From assembly GCA_012295275.1 (NCBI GenBank), contig CM022679.1, positions 20,708,001 through 20,772,000 on the forward strand: 64,000 bases of DNA, written 5' to 3'. Position 1 is the first letter of the stretch, and every line of letters starts with the position of its first letter. This document shows positions 51,801 to 64,000 of the stretch, piece after piece. The translations under genes were made by a program, and so were the position numbers. Under the pieces are notes generated by a model. It made no database searches. It was not told the origin of the DNA and saw only the letters and a list, made by a program, of their open reading frames with translations. This stretch comes from Chrysomallon squamiferum (Eukaryota > Animalia > Mollusca).

Positions 51801-54800
51801 CTTTAAACGCAGGATTCTTTTCAGCTTTTATTCAAAACAAAATATAAAATCATATGTAGACTGCATTGATTAGCAGGTTAAGAATTTCCATACTGAATTT
51901 CTTCATTTGATTACTGAGAAAGAAAAGAGAGAATACTAACTGACTGACGAAAAAAGAAATGAAACTTATGCGAGTTGTGTTCACTGGTATATTTAGAGTG
52001 GCTTCCCTTATGTGAGATGTACTCACTGCTATATTTAGAGTGGCCTCCCTTATGTGACATGTGTTCACTGCTTTTTAGAGTGGCCTCCCTTATGTGAGAT
52101 GTGTTCACTGGTATATTTAGAGTGGCTTCCCTTATGTGAGATGTGTTCACTGGTTTTTAGAGTCGCCTCCCTTATGTGAGATGTGTTCACTGGTATATTT
52201 AGAGTGCTCTCCCTTATCCGAGATGTGTTCACTAGTATAGTTACAATAGCCTACCTCGTGCGAGATGTGTTCACTGGAATTAAGAAAATAACAAAGAAAA
52301 TTCGATTACAAAAGCATAAATAAGCAGTCAGTGAGAGCAGACTGTATGAAGTGATAAAAATGTATGATGAATAAATAATAAATAAATCATAATATGAAAA
52401 AAAAAAAAAAAATGATGGAAAGAATGAAAGAAAGGAAACCAAAGATAGAAAATATGGAAAGAAAGAAAGAAAGAAAGAAAGGTAGAAAAGAAAGAAAGGT
52501 AGAAAAGAAAGAAGTAAAGTTAGAAAGAAAACAAACAACGAAGGAAAGAAAGAAAAGTAAGAAAACATTGAAGAAGGTGAGCGAATGAACAAAACGGAAG
52601 AATGAATAAAGATAGAAAAAACTAATAAAAGATATCGAAGCATAGTACTCTTTAAACGCAGGATTCTTTTCAGGTTTTATTCAAAATAAAATATAAAATC
52701 ATATGTAGACTGCATTGATTAGCATACTGAATTTCTTCATTTGATTACTCACAAAGAAAAGAGAGAATACTAACTGACTGACGAAAAAAGAAATGAAACT
52801 TATGCGAGTTGTGTTCACTGGTAAATTTAGAGTGGCCTCCCTTATGTGAGATGTATTCACTGGGATATTTAGAGTGGCCTCCCTTATGTGAGATGTGTTC
52901 ACTGCTATATTTAGAGTGGCCTCCCTTATGTGACATGTGTTCACTGCTTTTTAGAGTCGCCTCCCTTATGTGAGATGTGTTCACTGGTATATTTACAGTG
53001 GCTTCCCTTATGTGAGATGTGTTCACTGGTTTTTAGAGTCGCCTCCCTTATGTGAGATGTGTTCATTCGTATATTTAGAGTGCCCTCCCTTATGCGAGAT
53101 GTGTTCACTAGTATAGTTACAATAGCCTACCTCATGCGAGATGTGTTCACTGGAATTAAGAAAATAACAAAGAAAATTCGATTACAAAAGCATAAATAAA
53201 CAGTCAGTGAGAGCAGAGTGTATGATCTGATTAAAGATGTATGATAAATAAATAATAAATAAATCATAATATGAAAAAACAAAAATGATGGAAAGAATGA
53301 AAGAAAGGAAACCAAAGATAGAAAATATGGAAAGAAAGAAAGAAAGAAAGAAAGGTAGAAAAGAAAGAAGTAAAGGTAGAAAGAGAAGAAACAACGAAGG
53401 AAAGAAAGAAAAGAAAGAAAACGTTGAAGCAGGTGAGCGAATGAACAAAACGGAAGAATGAATAAATATAGAAAAAACTAATAAAAGATATCGAAGCGTA
53501 GTACTCTTTAAACGCAGGATTCTTTTCAGCTTTTATTCAAAACAAAATATAAAATCATATGTAGACTGCATTGATTAGCAGGTTAAGAATTTCCATACTG
53601 AATTTCTTCATTTGATTACTGAGAAAGAAAAGAGAGAATACTAACTGACTGACGAAAAAAGAAATGAAACTTATGCGAGTTGTGTTCACTGGTATATTTA
53701 GAGTGGCTTCCCTTATGTGAGATGTACTCACTGCTATATTTAGAGTGGCCTCCCTTATGTGACATGTGTTCACTGCTTTTTAGAGTGGCCTCCCTTATGT
53801 GAGATGTGTTCACTGGTATATTTAGAGTGGCTTCCCTTATGTGAGATGTGTTCACTGGTTTTTAGAGTCGCCTCCCTTATGTGAGATGTGTTCACTGGTA
53901 TATTTAGAGTGCTCTCCCTTATCCGAGATGTGTTCACTAGTATAGTTACAATAGCCTACCTCGTGCGAGATGTGTTCACTGGAATTAAGAAAATAACAAA
54001 GAAAATTCGATTACAAAAGCATAAATAAGCAGTCAGTGAGAGCAGACTGTATGAAGTGATAAAAATGTATGATGAATAAATAATAAATAAATCATAATAT
54101 GAAAAAAAAAAGAATGATGGAAAGAATGAAAGAAAGGAAACCAAAGATAGAAAATATGGAAAGAAAGAAAGAAAGAAAGAAAGGTAGAAAAGAAAGAAGT
54201 AAAGTTAGAAAGAAAACAAACAACGAAGGAAAGAAAGAAAAGTAAGAAAACATTGAAGAAGGTGAGCGAATGAACAAAACGGAAGAATGAATAAAGATAG
54301 AAAAAACTAATAAAAGATATCGAAGCATAGTACTCTTTAAACGCAGGATTCTTTTCAGGTTTTATTCAAAATAAAATATAAAATCATATGTAGACTGCAT
54401 TGATTAGCATACTGAATTTCTTCATTTGATTACTCACAAAGAAAAGAGAGAATACTAACTGACTGACGAAAAAAGAAATGAAACTTATGCGAGTTGTGTT
54501 CACTGGTAAATTTAGAGTGGCCTCCCTTATGTGAGATGTATTCACTGGGATATTTAGAGTGGCCTCCCTTATGTGAGATGTGTTCACTGCTATATTTAGA
54601 GTGGCCTCCCTTATGTGACATGTGTTCACTGCTTTTTAGAGTCGCCTCCCTTATGTGAGATGTGTTCACTGGTATATTTACAGTGGCTTCCCTTATGTGA
54701 GATGTGTTCACTGGTATATTTAGAGTCGCCTCCCTTATGTGAGATGTGTTCATTCGTATATTTAGAGTGCCCTCCCTTATGCGAGATGTGTTCACTAGTA

Positions 54801-55899
54801 TAGTTACAATAGCCTACCTCATGCGAGATGTGTTCACTGGAATTAAGAAAATAACAAAGAAAATTCGATTACAAAAGCATAAATAAACAGTCAGTGAGAG
54901 CAGAGTGTATGATCTGATTAAAGATGTATGATAAATAAATAATAAATAAATCATAATATGAAAAAACAAAGAATGATGGAAAGAATGAAAGAAAGGAAAC
55001 CAAAGATAGAAAATATGGAAAGAAAGAAAGAAAGAAAGAAAGAAAGGTAGAAAAGAAAGAAGTAAAGGTAGAAAGAGAAGAAACAACGAAGGAAAGAAAG
55101 AAAAAAAAGAAAAAGAAACGTTGAAGCAGGTGAGCGAATGAACAAAACGGAAGAATGAATAAATATAGAAAAAACTAATAAAAGATATCGAAGCGTAGTA
55201 CTCTTTAAACGCAGGATTCTTTTCAGCTTTTATTCAAAACAAAATATAAAATCATATGTAGACTGCATTGATTAGCAGGTTAAGAATTTCCATACTGAAT
55301 TTCTTCATTTGATTACTGAGAAAGAAAAGAGAGAATACTAACTGACTGACGAAAAAAGAAATGAAACTTATGCGAGTTGTGTTCACTGGTATATTTAGAG
55401 TGGCTTCCCTTATGTGAGATGTACTCACTGCTATATTTAGAGTGGCCTCCCTTATGTGACATGTGTTCACTGCTTTTTAGAGTGGCCTCCCTTATGTGAG
55501 ATGTGTTCACTGGTATATTTAGAGTGGCTTCCCTTATGTGAGATGTGTTCACTGGTTTTTAGAGTCGCCTCCCTTATGTGAGATGTGTTCACTGGTTTTT
55601 AGAGTCGCCTCCCTTATGTGAGATGTGTTCACTGGTATCCGAGATGTGTTCTCTCCCTTATCCGAGATGTGTTCACTAGTATAGTTACAATAGCCTACCT
55701 CGTGCGAGATGTGTTCACTGGAATTAAGAAAATAACAAAGAAAATTCGATTACAAAAGCATAAATAAGCAGTCAGTGAGAGCAGACTGTATGAAGTGATA
55801 AAAATGTATGATGAATAAATAATAAATAAATCATAATATGAAAAAAAAAAAAATGATGGAAAGAATGAAAGAAAGGAAACCAAAGATAGAAAATATGGA

Positions 55900-55939
<40 letters not shown>

Positions 55940-58900
55940 AAAAAGAAAAAGAAAGAAGAAAGTTAGAAAGAAAACAAACAACGAAGGAAAGAAAGAAAAG
56001 TAAGAAAACATTGAAGAAGGTGAGCGAATGAACAAAACGGAAGAATGAATAAAGATAGAAAAAACTAATAAAAGATATCGAAGCATAGTACTCTTTAAAC
56101 GCAGGATTCTTTTCAGGTTTTATTCAAAATAAAATATAAAATCATATGTAGACTGCATTGATTAGCATACTGAATTTCTTCATTTGATTACTCACAAAGA
56201 AAAGAGAGAATACTAACTGACTGACGAAAAAAGAAATGAAACTTATGCGAGTTGTGTTCACTGGTAAATTTAGAGTGGCCTCCCTTATGTGAGATGTATT
56301 CACTGGGATATTTAGAGTGGCCTCCCTTATGTGAGATGTGTTCACTGATATATTTAGAGTGGCCTCCCTTATGTGACATGTGTTCACTGCTTTTTAGAGT
56401 CGCCTCCCTTATGTGAGATGTGTTCACTGGTATATTTACAGTGGCTTCCCTTATGTGAGATGTGTTCACTGGTTTTTAGAGTCGCCTCCCTTATGTGAGA
56501 TGTGTTCATTCGTATATTTAGAGTGCCCTCCCTTATGCGAGATGTGTTCACTAGTATAGTTACAATAGCCTACCTCATGCGAGATGTGTTCACTGGAATT
56601 AAGAAAATAACAAAGAAAAATCGATTACAAAAAAGCATAAATAAACAAACAGTCAGTGAGAGCAGAGTGTATGATCTGATTAAAAATATGTATGATAAAT
56701 AAATAATAAATAAATCATAATATGAAAAAAAAAAAAAAGAATGATGGAAAGAATGAAAGAAAGGAAAAACAAAGATAGAAAATATGGAAAAAAAGAAAGA
56801 AAGAAAGAAAAAAGAAAGAAAGAAAAGAAAGAAGTAAAAAGAAAAAAAGTAAAGAAAAGAGAAGAAACAACGAAGGAAAGAAAGAAAAGAAAGAAAACGT
56901 TGAAGCAGGTGAGCGAATGAACAAAACGGAAGAGTGAATAAATATAGAAAAAAATAAAAGATATATCGAAGCGTAGTACTCTTTAAACGCAGGATTCTTT
57001 TCAGCTTTTATTCAAAACAAAATATAAAATCATATGTAGACTGCATTGATTAGCAGGTTAAGAATTTCCATACTGAATTTCTTCATTTGATTACTGAGAA
57101 AGAAAAGAGAGAATACTAACTGACTGACGAAAAAAGAAATGAAACTTATGCGAGTTGTGTTCACTGGTATATTTAGAGTGGCTTCCCTTATGTGAGATGT
57201 ACTCACTGCTATATTTAGAGTGGCCTCCCTTATGTGACATGTGTTCACTGCTTTTTAGAGTGGCCTCCCTTATGTGAGATGTGTTCACTGGTATATTTAG
57301 AGTGGCTTCCCTTATGTGAGATGTGTTCACTGGTTTTTAGAGTCGCCTCCCTTATGTGAGATGTGTTCACTGGTATATTTAGAGTGCTCTCCCTTATCCG
57401 AGATGTGTTCACTAGTATAGTTACAATAGCCTACCTCGTGCGAGATGTGTTCACTGGAATTAAGAAAATAACAAAGAAAATTCGATTACAAAAGCATAAA
57501 TAAACAGTCAGTGAGAGCAGAGTGTATGATCTGATTAAAAATGTATGATAAATAAATAATAAATAAATCATAATATGAAAAAAAAAAATGATGGAAAGAA
57601 TGAAAGAAAGGAAACCAAAGATAGAAAATATGGAAAGAAAGAAAGAAAGAAAGAAAGGTAGAAAAGAAAGAAGTAAAGGTAGAAAGAAAACAAACAACGA
57701 AGGAAAGAAAGAAAAGAAAGAAAACATTGAAGAAGGTGAGCGAATGAACAAAACGGAAGAATGAATAAAGATAGAAAAAACTAATAAAAGATATCGAAGC
57801 ATAGTACTCTTTAAACGCAGGATTCTTTTCAGGTTTTATTCAAAATAAAATATAAAATCATATGTAGACTGCATTGATTAGCAGGTTAAGAATTTCCATA
57901 CTGAATTTCTTCATTTGATTACTCACAAAGAAAAGAGAGAATACTAACTGACTGACGAAAAAAGAAATGAAACTTATGCGAGTTGTGTTCACTGGTAAAT
58001 TTAGAGTGGCCTCCCTTATGTGAGATGTATTCACTGGGATATTTAGAGTGGCCTCCCTTATGTGAGATGTGTTCACTGGTATATTTAGAGTGGCTTGCCT
58101 TATGTGAGATGTGTTCTCACTATATTTTTAGAGTGGCCTCCCTTATGTGACATGTGTTCACTGCTTTTTAGAGTCGCCTCCCTTATGTGAGATGTGTTCA
58201 CTGGTATATTTAGAGTGGCTTCCCTTATGTGAGATGTGTTCACTGGTTTTTAGAGTCGCCTCCCTTATGTGAGATGTGTTCATTGGTATATTTAGAGTGC
58301 CTCCCTTATGCGAGATGTGTTCACTAGTATAGTTACAATAGCCTACCTCGTGCGAGATGTGTTCACTGGAATTAAGAAAATAACAAAGAAAATTCGATTA
58401 CAAAAGCATAAATAAACAGTCAGTGAGAGCAGACTGTATGAAGTGATTAAAATGTATGATAAATAAATAATAAATAAATCATAATATGAAAAAAAAAAGA
58501 ATAATGGAAAGAATGAAAGAAAGGAAACCAAAGATAGAAAATATGGAAAGAAAGAAAGAAAGAAAGAAAGAAAGGAAAAAAAGAAAGAAAGAAAGGTAGA
58601 AAAGAAAGAAGTAAAGTTAGAAAGAAAACAAACAACGAAGGAAAGAAAGAAAAGTAAGAAAACGTTGAAGCAGGTGAGCGAATGAACAAAACGGAAGAAT
58701 GAATAAAGATAGAAAAAACTAATAAAAGATATCGAAGCATAGTACTCTTTAAACGCAGGATTCTTTTCAGGTTTTATTCAAAATAAAATATAAAATCATA
58801 TGTAGACTGCATTGATTAGCATACTGAATTTCTTCATTTGATTACTCACAAAGAAAAGAGAGAATACTAACTGACTGACGAAAAAAGAAATGAAACTTAT

Positions 58901-60780
58901 GCGAGTTGTGTTCACTGGTAAATTTAGAGTGGCCTCCCTTATGTGAGATGTGTTCACTGGTATATTTAGAGTGGCTTCCCTTATGTGAGATGTACTCACT
59001 GCAATATTTAGAGTGGCCTCCCTTATGTGAGATGTACTCGCTGCTATTTTTAGAGTGGCCTCCCTTATGTGACATGTGTTCACTGCTTTTTAGAGTGGCC
59101 TCCCTTATGTGAGATGTGTTCACTGGTATATTTAGAGTGGCTTCCCTTATGTGAGATGTGTTCACTGGTTTTTAGAGTCGCCTCCCTTATGTGAGATGTG
59201 TTCACTGATATATTTAGAGTGCCCTCCCTTATGCGAGATGTGTTCACTAGTATAGTTACAATAGCCTACCTCATGCGAGATGTGTTCACTGGAATTAAGA
59301 AAATAACAAAGAAAATTCGATTACAAAAGCATAAATAAACAGTCAGTGAGAGCAGAGTGTATGGACTGATTAAAAATATACGAGAAATAAATAATAAATA
59401 AATCATAATATGTAAAATAAAGAAGGATTGAAAGAATGAAAGAATGGATATAAAGATAGTAAAGATTGAAAGAAAAGAAAGAAGTACGGATAGAAAGAAA
59501 AAAGAACGAAGGAAAGAAAGAAAAGAAAGAAAACATTGAATCAGGTTAGCCAATCAAGCAAACGGAAGAATGAATAAAGATTGAAACTATTAACTAAACA
59601 CATCGAAGTGTTGTACTTTTGACTGCATTGATTAGCAGGTTAAGGATTTCCATACTGAATTTCTTCATTAGATTACTGAGAAAGATGTGTTGTCTAGTAT
59701 ATTTAGATTGGCCTCCCTTATGTGAAATGTATTCACTGGTATATTTAAGGTGGCCTCCCTTATGTGAGATGTGTTCACTGCTTTTCAGAGTCACCTCCCT
59801 TATGTGAGATGTGTTCATTGGTTTTTAGAGTGGCTTCCCTTATGTCAGATGTGTTCACTGGTATATTTAGAGTGGCGTCCCTTATGTGAGATGTGTTCAC
59901 TGCTTTTTAGAGTGACGTCCCTTAGGTGAGATGTGTTCACTGGTATATTTATATTGCCCTCCGTTATGCGAGATGTGTTCACTAGTATAGTTACAATAGC
60001 CTACCTAATGCGAGATGTGTTCACTGGAATTAAGAAAATAAGAAAAGAAATTAGATTACAAAAGCATAAATAAACAGTCAGTTGGAGCAGAGTATATGAA
60101 CTGATTAAATATATACGACAAATAAATAATAAATAAATCATAATATGAAAAATAAAGAAGGATGGAAAGAATGAAAGTAAGGAAATAAAGATAGAAAGGA
60201 TGGAAAGAAAAGAAAGAAGTAAGGATAGAAAGAAAAAAGAACGAAGGAAAGAAAGAAAGAAAACATTGAAGCAGGTTAGCGAATGAAGAAAACGTAAGAA
60301 TGAATAAACATTGAAATAATTAACGAAACAGATCGAAGTGTGGTACTTTCGCTGTTATATTTATTCGCTGAGATGTATTCACTGTTATATTTAGAGTGGC
60401 CTCCCTTATGTGAGATGTATTCATTGGTATTAAGAAAAATATAAAGAATATTCGATTACATAAGCATAAAAGTATCAACTGATTAATAGTATATCATAAA
60501 GAAATAGTAAAGAAATCATAATACGAATTTTAAAAAAGAAAGAAGGAAAAAATGAAAGACAGGAAGCAAAAGATAGAAAAGATGAAAAGAAAAGAAAGAA
60601 AGACAGAAAAGAAAGAAGTAAGGATAGAAAGAAAGGAAAGAAGGAAGGGAAAAAGAAAATATTGAAACATCTTAAAGAATGAACAAAAAGGAAGAATGAA
60701 TACAGATAGAAATAAATAATTAAACAGAACGAAGCGTGGTACTGTTTAAACGGAGCATTCTGTTCAGCTTTTATTCAAAT
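48845..60780. repeat. Compound satellite array (right), same family and orientation as 1-11720, ~14 units of ~830-940 bp arranged as A/B dimers (~1.69 kb)
   Basis: The landmark AAACGCAGGATTCTTTT occurs near 49260, 50117, 50953, 51805, 52653, 53510, 54339, 55207, 56098, 56985, 57813 and 58750. It shares the 40/42-bp subrepeat, and both ends carry degenerate units. Confidence 0.97.
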
Positions 60781-61211
60781 TAAAATGCGTTCCCGAATAT
60801 TGTCTACTGTCTATTTAGACGTACATTAAACAGAGAATTTTCAAAATTCTAAACTACATACAGACATACATATACATACATACATGCTTACATACACACA
60901 CAGCAACACACACACACAAATATCCAAACATAGACACACACATAGGCCTACATACATATGCACACATTCTCTGTCATAAGTATTTAATATTGTTTCTGCT
61001 TTAATAAAATTACTACTAATATTTCTATTTTCACTACTAATAGTTCTACCAGAACTGCTGCTGTTGTTATCATTACTACCACGACAACATCAACTACTAC
61101 TAGCAATATTATTACTTCTACAGCTAATAATAATATCAAGATGAAAAAAGGAAAAGAGAAAAACAAGAAAAAAGGTTATGACGTGTGGGGATACGTAATT
61201 ATTATTGATGG

Positions 61212-61219
61212 TGACGTCA
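61212..61219. promoter_or_regulatory. CRE palindrome TGACGTCA upstream of the RING-NHL gene
   Basis: Exact match ~870 nt before the ATG, with a half site TGACGT at ~61178. Function untested. Confidence 0.3.
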
Positions 61220-62084
61220 TACTAGCTTCGTGGAAACAAATAAAAGTATCCCGGGTGAAACAACAATGAATTTGACAACTAATTGATTACTTAACCTTTT
61301 ACATTTATTTTGGTTTAATCTAGATATAAGCTATACAAATGACTGTACAAAGATAGCTTTTGACAATGAAGTAAACAACTAGATTCTGAATATAAATTTC
61401 AAGTCTGCTGGTTTGTTTACTAATAACATCATGATCGATCAGAAGGTAATTAAATTGTATATTCTAAAATGTTCTGCTACAATGTAATAAAAATTAAAAT
61501 AAAATAAAATAACATAACATAAACATTAGTCTCGCTATAATTAAACCATAAGTCTACAAAATATTGTCCTTAAAACATTTAATATAATTATTATAAATAC
61601 TGTAGCAATTACCTTAATTTCTCTTTACTTTATCATCCTCTGATTAAGTGAAATATTCTTTAAAACAATTATTGTTGTCTAAATAACAATAATTACGCAG
61701 TAAAATATTCTCGAGTTGAACATTGCTGTGGTGGTTTGATCTGTTCCAGTTATGCCTTTTTCGAAATACATATATGCACACACATTTATATGGTTTCGTT
61801 ATTGTTATTTATTTATTTATTTTGTTCCTGCTATTGATGATTTTAATTTTAATTATTATTATTCATAAAAAAAAATTAAAAAAGGAAAGAAAGAAAGAAA
61901 GAAAAAAATAAAAAAAAAGAAAGAAAGAAAAGAAAAAAGAAAGAAAAAGAAATCAAGAAATAAATTGGACAAATCCAGCTGGACAAGTCACAGTTTCTCT
62001 GTTTTACTCGGATACGACCCTGGCTTACGTGTAAAGAATTTCTTTATTTTCGTTTCTGTTCCCTTCTTTTGCTTTAGCGGTGTA

Positions 62085-63606
<1,522 letters not shown>

Positions 63607-64000
63607 TTATTATCTGCTTTATTATCTTACTTCATACGTTTGTAAAAACACCATTTCGCCAACAGTTCTTTCTTTAGTGTTAAAGAAAAAAAAAAAAAAC
63701 CAAACAATTATTTATTATATTTTTTACTTTTTTATTTTTTTATTTATGTTTTTCATTTTGTGTATAGTTTCGTTGTTATTTGGATATATATTATATTCTC
63801 TATATTTCTATATTACTATTATCTTACCATATTTTAATTAATCTGCTTTCCTTTGTTTTTTAATTTAAAATCTTAAGCATTAAATTACTGTTGTTTTATT
63901 TTTACATTTTATTTTTAAATTATTATCACTCAAAGCATTTCGTTGTCGTCGTTGTTGTTGGTTTCTGCATGTGATTTTAAATGTTCACAATTGAAGCATG

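Overview
This is AT-rich eukaryotic animal genomic DNA with spliced genes; a lophotrochozoan or mollusc-like origin is inferred from gene and repeat style, not proven. More than half of the window is tandem repeat. From left to right it contains: (1) a ~0.8-1.0 kb compound satellite built on 40/42-bp subrepeats (1-11.7 kb); (2) an intron-containing, disabled DDX49/DBP8 DEAD-box helicase copy on + (16.2-19.5 kb); (3) an apparently intact gene on - (31891->20629, 11 coding exons, ~551 aa by my manual splicing) encoding signal peptide + GON domain + 4 TSP1 repeats + transmembrane helix + short tail, with one intron filled by a 31-bp minisatellite carrying ~40 perfect CRE palindromes; (4) a ~10 kb array of ~30 repeated exon-like cassettes on - (35.8-45.9 kb), bracketed by inverted arms of a 101-bp repeat related to the satellite, with a 200-N gap just inside the right arm; (5) a second, dimeric array of the same satellite family (48.8-60.8 kb); (6) a two-coding-exon RING + NHL/beta-propeller gene lacking B-box and coiled coil (62085-63606). 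No CRISPR array, tRNA, rRNA or autonomous transposase was seen. Almost all ORFs in the supplied track are repeat-derived noise. All splicing and copy counts were done by eye.
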